A stretch of 64,000 nucleotides of DNA from Macrostomum lignano (lineage: Eukaryota). The stretch is taken from the NCBI GenBank assembly GCA_002269645.1, contig NIVC01000390.1, forward strand, positions 62,001 to 126,000. Reading direction: 5' to 3'. Below are positions 1 through 13,507 of the stretch, one piece after another. Position 1 is the first letter of the stretch. Each line of letters opens with the position of its first letter. The translations under genes and the position numbers were made by a program. The notes beneath the pieces were generated by a model. That model saw nothing but the letters and a program-made list of their open reading frames with translations, was not told where the DNA came from and searched no databases.

Positions 1-624
1 TTCTGTTTAGCCAGCTTATATTAAGTACAAGTGAGAACTAATTTTTGTAATTGTTCAACTCAGTTTCGACACCCGGTTTCCCGACAGGGACTTTAGGCTC
101 AGCGGTTGAGTTTGAGGTTTCTGTTCTAAGAAATTCTGTTCTTAGTCGCTCTGTTCCATAAAATTTCTGCGCAGCAGCAGGTGTGTCTAAGCTTCCGTGC
201 TCTCTGAGAAATACAAAGACCCCTATGTGATATTTTCCTAGAAATGCTAGTTTTATTTTCGTAACGACTTTAAATGAAAAGTCAAGGTAGAAATGTACTG
301 ACGGTCTCCATTTATTATTCTGTCAATGAGTAAACTCCATGAGCTTGGATTTGCCTCCTATGATGTTGATTCATACCAACCAAAACCCTACATACCTGAG
401 CCATACCATACCTACCTACCAGCATTGGTATTTGTCTACCTATTAACCCTACTGCTAACCTACTACGAACCTACTAACCCTACCTACTAAATGTGACAAT
501 GTACCTATATGTATGATCCCTTTGCCCAAGCTACCTACATCCCATATACTAAAAAATGAGTTGTCTGTAGGTATGCGATAGATTCAAGAAAAAACAGTTC
601 AATAAACTTGTACCTACCTCACTA

Positions 625-920
625 ACTACCTACCTACCTACCTACCTACCTACCTACCTACCTACCTACCTACCTACCTACCTACCTACCTACCTACCTA
701 CCTACCTACCTACCTACCTACCTACCTACCTACCTACCTACCTACCTACCTACCTACCTACCTACCTACCTACCTACCTACCTACCTACCTACCTACCTA
801 CCTACCTACCTACCTACCTACCTATCTACCTGAATAAATAAATACAGCAATACCTCCATACATACATACATACATACCTACATACATACATACATAACAT
901 ACACACATAGCATGCATACA
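625..920. repeat. (CTAC)n and (CATA)n microsatellites
   Basis: Direct inspection. Confidence 0.95.
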
Positions 921-1178
921 TACCTCGCAATAGACTTTATTCAAAATCCTTCCTATGCACCATTGTTAATTAAATCGCAAGCAAGCAGGTGCAAATAAAT
1001 ATTCTAAAAAAGGTAATATAATTAATCTACACAAGCCAGATCCGCATTCTGTGAGACACCGCAGACAATGGAATGCTCTTTGAATGGCTGTATCCCCTTG
1101 GGGGTGGGGGTGCAGACAACCAACTCCCCAGCTATACGGGAAAAGCCAAAAACACCGGACGGAAGGCCCAGTGCGGCC

Positions 1179-1181
<3 letters not shown>

Positions 1182-1226
<45 letters not shown>
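1182..1226. repeat. (GA)n microsatellite
   Basis: Direct inspection. Confidence 0.95.
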
Positions 1227-1229
<3 letters not shown>

Positions 1230-1294
1230 GGGGTCGGTCGTTAAGCTGTAAGAATTAACTCAAATCCCATGCATAATGCAAAGCTTGTGCTCAG

Positions 1295-1397
1295 ATGTGG
1301 TGCCAACCCGCTTTAAAGTCTCGGCCGACGTGCCGTCCCAGCCTCACGCAGCGTCTCTGACTCCAGCCATGCAGCCGCAGCGCCCGGCCAACTCAAA
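1295..1397 (+). CDS. Internal exon of an unknown gene (..VVPTRFKVSADVPSQPHAASLTPAMQPQRPANSK)
   Basis: TCAG acceptor ending 1294 and GTGAGT donor at 1398. Open frame ends in phase 2 (AA), which completes AAG with the G at 2601 in frame with the next exon. Confidence 0.6.
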
Positions 1398-1558
1398 GTG
1401 AGTCAATTTCTTTATACTGTGCACTGCTACCTCTTATCTACCCAACTTTCAAAAAGTACGATTCGAATTTGCGTGAAAGGATGAGAGCGCTTTCTGAGCA
1501 CTTTCTAAGCCAACTGATCTTAATTTCTAGCCAACCTCTTGGACAGAGCATCCTTTAC

Positions 1559-2083
1559 CAAGAGACAGTGGCGCCCATTAAGAGACAGTGGCGCCCGCTA
1601 AGAGACAGTGGCGCCCATTAAGAGACAGTGGCGCCCATTAAGAGACAGTGGCGCCCATTAAGAGACAGTGGCGCCCATTAAGAGACAGTGGCGCCCGCTA
1701 AGAGACAGTGGTGCCCGCTAAGAGACAGTGGCGCCCGCTAAGAGACAGTGGCGCCCATTAAGAGACAGTGGCGCCCATTAAGAGACAGTGGCGCCCATTA
1801 AGAGACAGTGGCGCCCATTAAGAGACAGTGGCGCCCATTAAGAGACAGTGGCGCCCGCTAAGAGACAGTGGCGCCCGCTAAGAGACAGTGGAGCCCATTA
1901 AGAGACAGTGGTGCCCGCTAAGAGACAGTAGCGCCCGCTAAGAGACAGTGGCGCCCACTAAGAGACAGTGGCGCCCGCTAAGAGACAGTGGCGCCCGCTA
2001 AGAGACAGTGGCGCCCGCTAAGAGACAGTGGCGCCCGCTAAGAGACAGTGGCGCCCGCTAAGAGACAGTGGCGCCCGCTAAGA
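1559..2083. repeat. 20-bp minisatellite (aagagacagtggcgcccatt/gct)
   Basis: About 26 tandem copies, intronic. Confidence 0.95.
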
Positions 2084-2600
2084 GGCAGCATGGCGTCCAC
2101 TGCACAGATAATGAATGTTCCGAATTCAAGGTATTAAATAGGGCTTTGCGAGACGATTAATTACAAGTGCAAACCCTTAAAAGTGCATTGTGAAGGTGAT
2201 TAAAGCTGTCATTTAATCAATAAATTTGCTTGTTTACCACCAGCTTCCAGTTAGTAGCATTCTTCGCAAATCAAAGTGCGCTGCGGGCACCTTGGCGCAA
2301 CGACTTCGCGATATCGTCCCACAGCAGCGCTAAGACAATTCTGCCCATTCCGCTGACTCCTGAGCACGCAAGCGCGCCAATGCTGTACGCAGGCACGCAC
2401 TCATGCACACGCTCACACTGGGTGTACACACAGGGCCCTTTGACTTCCTAATCGTCCGGCATGCACACTCTCTGTGCCTCGGGGGTTGGCTCTCACGGGT
2501 GTGTGAATCGCAAGAGAACAATGCACAGAGTGTTAATTCCCATAACTATCTGCAACTCTAGATACGGGCACAGAAAAACATCTTCACAATAATTAATTAG

Positions 2601-3294
2601 GTTATGGGCCACTGGTCCAGTATCGCAGCAGCAGCAGCAACAGCAGTGCAGAGCCTCAGAAGCGTTGGCAGGTGTCCGCTACCTCACCTGGCTGGAGACC
2701 CTGGCCTGCGCCTCCGCAGGCGCCGGTTATCAGCGCCGGCGCCGCCTCCGCTATCAGGGCAGCGCCACCGTTTGGCGCTCCAGCGACTGGGGCGGCGGCA
2801 ACGCGCTGCCGGGCCGCTGCTACCAGAGCTGCCTGTCGCTAGGCCCCGCCGCGGAGGACTTGGCCACAGCCAGCCTGCGCTACCGGCGCCCCGAGTCGCC
2901 ATTAGCGCCGGCTCCGGCGCCGCCACTGGGACCGGCGCTGCCGCTGCCGCCGCCGGAGGGTCGCATCGGAGCACGCCGTTCGTTCTGGACCAATTCAAAC
3001 GGCGCCCTCGTCCTGCGCCGACGCGCCGCCATCGAGGGCAGTCAGTTGCAGCCGCCGCCGCGCCTGACCGAATACCAGAAGCCGCCGCCGCCGCCGGAGG
3101 AGCTGTCGATGACGTCATCACTTGTGGGCATCCCGGACGGTTGCTCGCAGCCGGACCTGCAGCTGGCCTGGCCGCCACGAAAGCCGCTGCCCTGGACAAC
3201 TGAGCTGCCGCTAGAGACGCTTGGCTGCGCCGAGAAAGTCCGGCAATGGCTGGGCAAAGATGGCCGGGTTTCGGCCCGGGCGGAGGCCAAGTAA
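2601..3294 (+). CDS. Terminal exon of an unknown Pro/Gln/Arg-rich protein
   Basis: AG acceptor at 2599-2600. GC-rich open frame (LWATGPVSQQQQQQQC...KVRQWLG...) shared with ORF 2665..3294 and ending at TAA. No family recognised. Confidence 0.6.
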
Positions 3295-3479
3295 AGTGCG
3301 AAATACACCGGCGGTTCACTTTGCACTGGGGTTTCACCATAGACAAATCCGGTTGAGAAAAAATACAGTTCAGTCTTTAAAAAGTCGAGAAGTCTGTTTT
3401 CGTAACTATTTTTGTGAGTTTGTTTTTACACAAAGAAAAGTACACAAAAGTACCCGTCTGAGATACGAGTATTACTGTA

Positions 3480-3959
3480 CCCGTAGGTCCATGAGATTTG
3501 CCCGCCGAGATTTGCCCGCAATGTTTTTTTCCTGAAGCGTATTTAGCCAAGCGGCAGATTTTGTCTGCGTTGCCTCCCGATGCTTAGTAAGGGTTATTAA
3601 TAAAGAGTTTAGACTTTAGGGGACAAAGTGACATGACGTATGCATGAATTAATATGTATATGGCAATAAAAACCTACAAGAAAAATATTCATTTGATTAA
3701 CAGTTACCATCGAACCATTTTGATCGGATAAATCTCTTCAATAAAACTTGTGAAGTGTACACTGCTTGCGTATAACTGAGTGTACTGTGTACGTTTAGTA
3801 ATGCATTGCAATGTACATCCTTTCGGATATATGAGGTGGGGTTGTCGCAGTCTTGCGCGACCCCCAAATATATATAATCAATCCTGCACGTCTTAGCAAT
3901 TTGCAAGGCTTGTTAAGCACCGCGGGAAAATCTCGGCGGGCAATTCTCGTGCTCCCCTG
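3480..3959. mobile_element. Candidate MITE / non-autonomous DNA transposon with imperfect TIRs
   Basis: 27-bp inverted repeat: gagatttgcccgccgagatttgcccgc (3493-3519) vs gcgggaaaatctcggcgggcaattctc (3922-3948), 2 mismatches. TA at 3478-79 and 3960-61. AT-rich non-coding interior. Confidence 0.5.
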
Positions 3960-4359
3960 TACGACGAACATGTATTTCTCATCTGTATGCATAATTTTCA
4001 ATACATTATACTTCGTATGCTACGTAAATCTATGTTGTTTATCAAGCTGGACTACTATTAGTAGCTTTTATTTGTTGTTAAGTTTCTGTAAACTAATTCA
4101 TGCATCATCAAATGCCTGAATGTGAATTACGGGAGTTGTACTTTTTCCGAGGCGTCAGAATTCCTACCCAAAAAATGGGCTGTCTAATTAATTGAAAAGC
4201 TGTAAAAATATCCCACTAGCATTTATGTCCCTATGCGATGCCAAGCAGAGTTTTAATCCCATAGTGGCTGCTGCTGACTGGATTATAGACACGGATTAAA
4301 CGTTCTAAATATGACCGGTTTTAAATCTACCACCAATGTATCAACCAACTACTGTACCA

Positions 4360-5047
4360 ATGCTCTATGATCTTCTCTACCGATACTCTATGAACTATTC
4401 TACCGATACTCTATGATCTTCTCTACCGATACTCTATGAACTACTCTACCGATACTCTATGAACTATTCTACCGATACTCTATGATCTTCTCTACCGATA
4501 CTCTATGATCTTCTCTACCAATACTCTATGATCTTCTCTACCGATACTCTATGATCTTCTCTACCGATACTCTATGAACTATTCTACCGATACTCTATGA
4601 TCTTCTCTACCGATACTCTATGAACTACTCTACCGATACTCTATGAACTATTCTACCGATACTCTATGATCTTCTCTACCGATACTCTATGATCTTCTCT
4701 ACCAATACTCTATGATCTTCTCTACCGATACTCTATGATCTTCTCTACCAATACTCTATGATCTTCTCTACCGATACTCTATGATCTTCTCTACCAATAC
4801 TCTATGATCTTCTCTACCGATACTCTATGATCTTCTCTACCGATACTCTATGATCTTCTCTACCGATACTCTATGATCTTCTCTACCAATACTCTATGAT
4901 CTTCTCTACCGATACTCTATGATCTTCTCTACCAATACTCTATGATCTTCTCTACCGATACTCTATGATCTTCTCTACCGATACTCTATGAACTACTCTA
5001 CCGATACTCTATGAACTATTCTACTGATACTCTATGAACTACTCTAC
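4360..5047. repeat. 23-bp minisatellite (ctctaccgatactctatgatctt)
   Basis: Direct inspection. Confidence 0.95.
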
Positions 5048-6109
5048 ATATCCTCAGCACACAGAGTCCCAGTCGTTTAGTACAGTTCAGTGGATGTCAG
5101 GAAATTTTCTGACGCTATTGGACGGCGCTCAGTGAGGACTTTTCCCCATTTTTTACAATAGTACAGAGGTCCAGAGTAGGATTTTATCCAGCTGCAAAAA
5201 ATCTGGGTTGGATCGGACTTAGCCTATTTTTTTTCTCCATTTTCCTACTGACGGGATTACCTGGTCGCCTACTGTAGAATCTGATTCTACTAAGTGAAGA
5301 TCAGTCTACACCTGTCACTATATATTTCGCACTCTTGTGCTAGGTGATCACATTAGTGTCACAAATCAATTACTCGTACATCTCTGATTTAATCTACACA
5401 GATTCGTGTCTGTCTCTTTCTTATGTAATGCAGTCAGCTCGCAGGGGGGGGGCTTCAGGCTCGCAAATCCGGGCCCTGACTTTCTCAACGTCAGGCACGT
5501 GATCCATTTGAGGACTTTGACGGTTGTCCCTCAAATTAATGTAGCCTTTGCTAGGATTCGAACTCAGGAACTAAAAGCTGCCCCAGTCTTGCTAATTCCG
5601 CGGTTGAGTGGTCTTTGGGTAGCTATGAGAAAGCTGGCGCACGTATGTTTTCATTTTATTGACTGTTGAACACTTCAAGAACTTTCAAAGAAATGAGGCT
5701 TCAATTTGAGCAGCTCAAACAGAGCCGCAAAGTTGGTTTTGAATAATGCAGAGCGGCTGAGCTAAAATGGTTATTTGATTGATGCAGACGCTGCTAAATC
5801 TACTTGAAATTTTCTAATGCTATGCTAGCTAATCAAACTTTATGACAGTTTCGTTGTCCAAAAGGGCTCGCATCTTGTCAGTTCACATCAGTCTTTGGGT
5901 GTCGATCCATATCTATCGATCGATCGATGGTCATATTAATCTTTGGAGGAGTCACATCGGTCATATCAGTCTTTGGATCTTTGGATGGGGGTGTTTGAAA
6001 GGTCAAAGCGGGGTCACACCAGTCTTCGAGAGGTCATAGTATTCTTTGGGATTTTTGGGAGGTCACACCAGTCCAAGTCATATGGGTTTGGAAGGTCAAA
6101 TCAGTCTTT

Positions 6110-6306
6110 TCGGGATCACACCAGTATTTGGGAGGTCACACCAGTATTTGGGAGGTCACACCAGTATTTGGGAGGTCACACCAGTATTTGGGAGGTCACA
6201 CCAGTATTTGGGAGGTCACACCAGTATTTGGGAGGTCACACCAGTATTTGGGAGGTCACACCAGTATTTGGGAGGTCACACCAGTATTTGGGAGGTCACA
6301 CCAGTA
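6110..6306. repeat. 20-bp minisatellite (ccagtatttgggaggtcaca)
   Basis: Direct inspection. Confidence 0.95.
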
Positions 6307-6420
6307 GTTGGGTGAGGAGCCAATCAGAGGCAAATCAACAATAGCAATTGTTGAGGAAAAACAATACTAAACCATCAAATGATTGTCCGCCTGGAGGAGT
6401 TCATCACCAGCAGAAGCAGG

Positions 6421-7257
6421 CTAGTCGCGGCCTCCAGGCGGCAGTTGCCTTGGCAACCGTGAGTACTCCGGCTGGCAGACGCACAGAGTGTTTCGCCTTG
6501 CCTGGGCGGCGGCGGCCGAGTCCATCGAATGTATCCTGGCTGCTGCAGTCGCCGCCTCCGCCTGACGGCGATTCGGACCGGCACTGGCGGCGGCGCCAGA
6601 TCGGGATCCAGCGGCGCCGCCGCCATCGCCTCCTCTGGCGGTTGAGCGGCAACGGGCGAATCTAAGCATCGCTTTCTTGTACTCCTTGTTCATGAAGCAG
6701 TAGAACAAAGGATTCAACAGCGCGTTCATGTAGCTCAGAATCCAGAACAGCACGTAGATGGAATCGGTCTTGCGCACGCTGGTGGCCCCGGTGGCGATCA
6801 TGTTCTCGATCACCTGCCACGGCATGTTGGCCAGCAGGAAGGCCGCCAGCACGCAGGTCACCATGCGGAACGACTTAACTAGCCGGCTAGCCAGCGTGCC
6901 GCCGCCAATGCCGCCTCGACGTCCGCCGGCGCCGACCGACAGAGTCTGGCAGCTGCCGCCGAGGGAGCGAAGGTCGACGGCGGAGCTCGGCGGGCGCAGC
7001 GTCAGCCTCGAAGGACTGGAGGGCTGCAACAGCGATGCACTTTGCTGCCTCTGATCTGCGGCACCCGAGCTGCTTCTGGCGGCCGCGGCGGCTGCAGTGG
7101 TGGAGGCGGCCGCGGCGGCGGCGGTTGCGGCTTCTCTGGACGATGATCCAGACGACAGGATCGGCGTTGGCTCGTCGTCTTCCACCTCGGCGTCCAGCTG
7201 GGACGGAGTCTGGCGCAGAGGACGACCGCCTCGGCCCGGGCGGCTCTCGCTGGCGCC
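6421..7257 (-). CDS. Aminergic (muscarinic-like) class A GPCR, exon 2: ICL3, TM6, TM7, C-tail
   Basis: CAG acceptor (7260-7258), phase 0. TM6 VLAAFLLANMPWQV, TM7 WILSYMNALLNPLFY (NPxxY) and helix 8 NKEYKKAM. Confidence 0.9.
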   Translation of the reverse strand, partial: GASESRPGRGGRPLRQTPSQLDAEVEDDEPTPILSSGSSSREAATAAAAAASTTAAAAAARSSSGAADQRQQSASLLQPSSPSRLTLRPPSSAVDLRSLGGSCQTLSVGAGGRRGGIGGGTLASRLVKSFRMVTCVLAAFLLANMPWQVIENMIATGATSVRKTDSIYVLFWILSYMNALLNPLFYCFMNKEYKKAMLRFARCRSTARGGDGGGAAGSRSGAAASAGPNRRQAEAATAAARIHSMDSAAAAQARRNTLCVCQPEYSRLPRQLPPGGRD

Positions 7258-8004
7258 CTGCGATGTTGCGTTGCGTTAAAGCAGAAATTTGGACTTTGAG
7301 ATTTTAATATAACTTTATTAATGATTAGCTAGTTCGCAGGAGTGACTTTTACGAGTACAAGCACTGACCTCCTCTGACCTAGCTCCGCCCGTTCTCCCAT
7401 ACTTTGAATGTCTCTAAAGGACGGTGAGAACTGCTTGACAATGTGCCGGTTTTAAATTGAGAAATTTGAGAAACAATTTTAAACTCTTCCAAGAACTTTT
7501 ACTTCCCCAGTTCCAAAATCAAGTTTTAGTCAGTCGAAATGCCGAGCCTTTGACATACTATTCCGAAGTTAGTTGAGTGCAGCCCGATGCCAGCTTAGAT
7601 GCTCAAACTTTAGAAAGTCTTGATGATTGATTCGATTATTGCAAGTCTGATTGCCCTGCATGCGGGCTGCGGTAAGACTTCGGGCGGAGTTTCTCCGAAT
7701 CTATTTATAAGCATAGCAAAGTCTGCTAGCACCGGAGTAATCAGTTCTGCTTCAATAGAGAATGAATGCTCGCTTTTCGGTAAAGAGCAGAATTTCAATC
7801 TGCTTCCGCCTGAGTTCCGGCTCTCTTTGTCCCTATATGCGTTCTAAAAGTGCCCATTAGGGGAAAAGGCCAGTCTCCTTCTCAGGTTTTTCTCAACTTC
7901 ATCAGCTTGAGCAAGTAGGTGGAGAAGGGGTCCCCTGCCCTCGCTGCCGACCTCCTAATTGCTTTTGTGAATCCTTCATCACAACAAATTCTTTTTGGTT
8001 AGCC

Positions 8005-8665
<661 letters not shown>

Positions 8666-9010
8666 CACCATTCTGCTATGTAACCGCTGGCATGGGCATC
8701 TACTTGAGCCTCAAAGATCTGATCTAACAGAAGTTTGCCAAAGCATACTGGTAATGCATCAGAGCAGTCAGTGAGGAAGCTACAAAAGAGACTATAGACT
8801 GGAGACTCAACTCTGCATTTTTCTTAGCAAAGAACTGCCCACTATAGCTTAGACAACTAAAAATAGGATCACGGATAGCGGTGACGGCCAACAATTGCAG
8901 TGGCACTTTGTAGCACCCTATGCAATTCACACTGCCACATCACTTTATGCACCATACTATACCAAGCTGTTATACAGAGTAGCTCAAAGGTTGACGCGTC
9001 CAATTCTCCG

Positions 9011-9082
9011 CGGTTTATAGAATCTGTGACCTAGACCGCTGGCTTATAAGAGCGCCGCGCTAGACCACTAGGCTACGACCCC
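9011..9082 (-). other. tRNA-like 5' half (pseudo-tRNA or tRNA-derived SINE head)
   Basis: Minus strand GGGGTCGTAGCCTAGTGGTCTAGCGCGGCGCTCTTATAAGCC.. has an A-box/D-arm and an anticodon-arm-like stem. B box and acceptor stem are degenerate, so it is not a functional tRNA. Confidence 0.35.
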
Positions 9083-11814
9083 CTGTCTGTCGGGCAGCAT
9101 CTGCGCCTGTTAATAATAGCCTTAGACCCATTAACGCCCATTAATTGAGCGGCAGAAAAAGCAAGAGAAGCAGTTGATACAACGAAGCTGTCTATGGCCA
9201 AAATTCAACTATAACTGGCCGCAAACTTTTGAGGCATAAACAAAATAGTCTATGGTATTGGATGGGGGCTCCGCCCCACGTCCGGAAGACTCCGCCCCCG
9301 CAACCGGTCCCTCACTCTCTAAGTGTAGCTTAAGTAGAAGATAAAGCACGCTTTTCCGGGCAATATTTTTTTAGGGCCCGAGAGCCGCGGGGGGGGTGTG
9401 GGGGGCAGCAGTCCCTTCACATTTGGCAACCCCTACAACAACAACTCGAGGGGAGGGGGTGGGGGCGCCAGAAAAATAGCATGCTCTCATATAGAGCATG
9501 TACCAGGTATATATATCCCATAGACAAATGGTCGAAAATTGAAAAATAAAGCCCGCAACTTGACTAACTGCCTGAAATAGCGGGCAATATAAGGCTCACA
9601 CCATGCTCTATGCTAAAATAAGTACGCTCGTAGTATGGCATGATGCAAGTGAGTAATTCGCATGTTGTCTATGGCCCAAACCCATCTGTCCTATATGCGA
9701 CCTCAACCCCCTTTCTAACTTTCTTTCTCCATACACTTTTGCACAAACCTACGTTTCTTATTTTTCGTACTTAATCAGAATTCAATCTTAGCAGCGGAAG
9801 TAAACAAACTTAAGAAGTAAAAGTGCACAATTTAACAATTTTTCTAAATTGCTTATAAAAAAATTTTTAGCCAGCTAATTAAGAAATCCAATAAGCATCT
9901 ATACTTTTTTCAAGCAAATATTGTTCAAGTAGGAACGGACGGCAGGGCCATTGTGAAGGTCTTCATGCAGCAGTTGAAAGCATCCTATTGCTGGGACAGA
10001 AAGTAGGGCCAAGAATCCATCCTTCCATAGCAGCCCGGCCACACTCCTGGGGCATAGCGCCGGAAGAGCCTGTCAAAATGGCTATTGAGAGCTATAGAAT
10101 CTGGCCCACTGCCCAGTGTGGGTGGCCTGCCGAAGGAACGCAGAATAGAACAACACTCGATATATGCTCTGCTACTGGGCTAGGACTAGACAGACTGCCT
10201 CGCTGGCAGTGCGAAATTCTAAATAGCGACAGAGATCCTGACTCCTGAAGGAGCTGAGGGAGCTTGAACTTCATTTCAAAGATGATTATGCTGACACGGC
10301 AGAAATATCAACCTGAGGGAGAGATGAATCCGAATCAAGAGTGCTGTAATAGAAACTTAAAACTGTTCAACATTGGATGGAGTGGACTAGGTACTTTAAA
10401 AGCATTTGATCAATTTGCGCTTGGATGCTTATCATAAATACTTTATCAGCTTCTTAGCTCTAGAATCTGAGCAAGGACTGCTACACTAGAAGGACGCAAC
10501 ACCTGCAAATAGTGCAAAAATAGTTAAAGGCCGATTATTGAAATGTCCGTATCTCCGAATCGATCGCATGTAGAAGGTTACTTTTTTTCGACATTGTTCA
10601 GATTTTTCTCCCCTACCAAGAAAGTAATTAATTTTGTTTCCCACTAGATGTAGATGCAAGAAAATCCTGTACAATGGAGACACCCTACATTTTGGGGCGG
10701 TTTGGCATTCAAGTCTTTAAGTTTCGGAGGCATTTTATAAAGTAGCCGAAAATCTTAGGCGCAATTTTTTGTTAGTTAAGATAGCTGGGGTTATTCCTAG
10801 TTAGAAATCAAATAGGTCTAGGCCTTTTAAGTATTATTTACAATAGGCCGCCAGTCCATAAGCATAGCATAGTCATAGGCCTATAGTCATAAGTAATGCA
10901 AAAGCTGTAATAATCTAATAATACGACTAAGCCATAAAATGATACAATAGAGCTAAGTGTTTCTGGTTACACTGCAAAATTTTTGAAAGAGATGGCCTTT
11001 GCAAACACCACATATCATGTTGAAAACCATGCAATTTATCTATCTAATGTATACGACAACGAAAACTATTCTTACACGAATCGAGAGTGTAACGAGACGT
11101 CCTATAACGAAGTGTTCCTAGAGGTCTTTGGATCTGAGTCCGACTCAACTTCTTTCCGGCACTCCTAAGTGATGCACACCTATGGAAGACACACGTTCCC
11201 TTTCGAACCGAGATCTTAATGAATTGCACCGAAAAAGCTCTTCTGCCTAGGCGGAGGTATCCTCAAAGCAATCTCAGTCAACTTCAGTGCAAACCGTCAA
11301 CAATCCCACAGAGAAAAATTGACAAGGGCTCCCAGAGCAACAAGGGCAGGAGCCTTGCCAACAGGCCGACTTCTATATATGGTAGGCAGCTTTCTCCCTC
11401 TGGCGCTTCCCGTCGAGCAGCAGCTAATCCCGCTGACTTGCCGCTCCACCGGTCTCTAATGAGCTGGGAGAACACAACTTCCCTTTTCCCCCGAGTCTTC
11501 CTCCGAGCACAAGTTCTCACTTCCTCCTCGTTAAAAGTTGGTTTTGACTTGGTAACCAAGCCTCTGGCTAAATCTTTTGATGCTGGCCGAGTTAAACCAT
11601 TCTATCAAGACTGCGATTTTTCCTTTGCGAAAAGTAGCTCCACTGCAACTTAACTCGCGCCAAAACAGAGGTGCCTACGAATCGTAAATATATTGATCCA
11701 GTCCTTATACTCGTATAGCACTCACTGTACTCTTCAATTTACATAAGCAAAATATTTGAATCTAGCTTTCTAAGCACCAACTTTTTAACTGCACTTCAGT
11801 AGACATTCAAGCCC

Positions 11815-12272
11815 TCCCCACCGAACTCTCCCAACCCCTCCCTACTGAACTCTCAACCCCTCCCTACTGAATCCTCAACCCCTCCCTACTGAACTCTCAA
11901 CCCCTCCCTACTGAATCCTCAACCCCTCCCTACTGAACTCTCAACTCCTACCTACTGAACTCTCAACCCCTCCCCACTGAACTCTCAACCCCTCCTCACC
12001 GAACTCTCAACCTCTCCTCACCGAACTCTTAACCCCTCATCACTGAAATTTCAACCCCTCTTAACTGAACTCTCAACCCCTCATCACTGAACTCTCAACC
12101 CCTCATCACTGAACTCTCAACTCTTCCTCACTGAACTCTCAACTCTTCCCACTGAACTCTCAACTCTTCCTCACTGAACTCTCAACTCTTCCTCACTGAA
12201 CTCTCAACTCTTCCTCACTGAACTCTCAACTCTTCCTCACTGAACTCTCAACCCCTTCTTACTGAATCCTCA
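11815..12272. repeat. ~22-bp minisatellite (ctgaactctcaacccctcccta)
   Basis: Direct inspection; lies close to the GPCR exon 1 donor. Confidence 0.9.
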
Positions 12273-12334
12273 ACCTCTCGTCACCCCAGCCTCTCCAATG
12301 ACCCGAAGTCGCGTGCCACCACCAAGTTGCTCAC

Positions 12335-13045
12335 CCTCAGCACTACAACGGATGCCCCAAACGTTGACGAAGACTTCAGAATGCGGAACACAACCGCGCC
12401 GTAGAAGAAGACCAGCAAAATGACGGGAATGTACAGGGCCACAGTACGCTGCACCAGACCGGCCACCATGTCCTGGTAGATTGGGTGGCCGCACTTGCCG
12501 TAGCCTTCCCTAGCCCGGAAACCGGACGCGATCGCCCAGACCGGAAAGGTGGCCACGCACCTAGCCGCGGTGAACGCCCAGACTCCGATGCACAGCCGAA
12601 TCTGATTGGCTCGGTGCATCCAGCGCTTGTGGGTGAACACGAAATTCGTGGCTAGAAATCGGTCAAATGCCACCGTCGTGACGCTCAACATGCTGACGTT
12701 GGTGCTCAGGTAATCCACGGTGATCCAAAGGTCGCAGGACCATTTTGGCAGCGGCCAGCCGCCGCAGAGGGTCTGCACCAGGTAGCCGGGCAGTGCCAGC
12801 AGCCCGATCAGCACGTCGCTGCTCACCATCAGGCCGACGATGAACACGTGACCGGGGACGCGCCTGACCGACCTGTCGCGAAGGAACACAGTCAGGATGG
12901 CCAGGTTCACTGCGGCGATGTAAGCGGACAGGCCGGCGCCGAGGCTGCCGTACAGGGCTCGCTCGCCAGCCGAGTACAGGCTGCTGCTGGAGCAGGATTC
13001 GAACTGGCGACCTTCACCGCTTGAAGTAGAATTTGACTCGTTCAT
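12335..13045 (-). CDS. Aminergic (muscarinic-like) class A GPCR, exon 1: TM1-TM5
   Basis: ATG at 13045 (MNESNST, N-glycosylation sequons). TM3 CDLWITVDYLSTNVS carries Asp3.32 and a muscarinic-type Asn. Also DRF, W4.50 and TM5 LYIP. GTGAGC donor in phase 0 matches exon 2. Confidence 0.9.
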
Positions 13046-13507
13046 TTGTTGTCGTTCTGTCTCACCTGAGATGAGAATTTCAATCTGCGCAGAGGGCAGC
13101 TGCAATGCCTCATACTTTTGGCGGCTTACGCTCGTACGATCTTTTAAGTTGCATTTCTCTCATTCTTTGTCCGGGGCCCAATCTCCTGGGAGCTGAGGGA
13201 CGCGCGAACCAATGGCCACAGCAGAGGAGACAGCTGGGGCTCTGTGTGCAACTTTGCTTTTTTAATACGAGGTTTCAAGTTGTGCTCAAGTCGGCTAAAA
13301 GCACTGAAAGAAGAAAGCAATTCCTGCTGCAATTGATGGCGGAAATGTTGGCAGCAAATCGGAAAGGCATCAGGCCATTGACAAGATGCTGACACAGAGA
13401 AAAGAAATGGATGAACTTGTGACTCAATGCCTTCACCTTGGAACCAAGATTCAAATCCCAGTGCACACGTATGCGTTTGTCCTGACTGTCCTTCCCTGAC
13501 TGTCCTC

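Noticed and set aside
5500-5640. B-box-like GAGTTCGAATCC on the minus strand
   Set aside because: No clear A box or cloverleaf; at most a decayed SINE.
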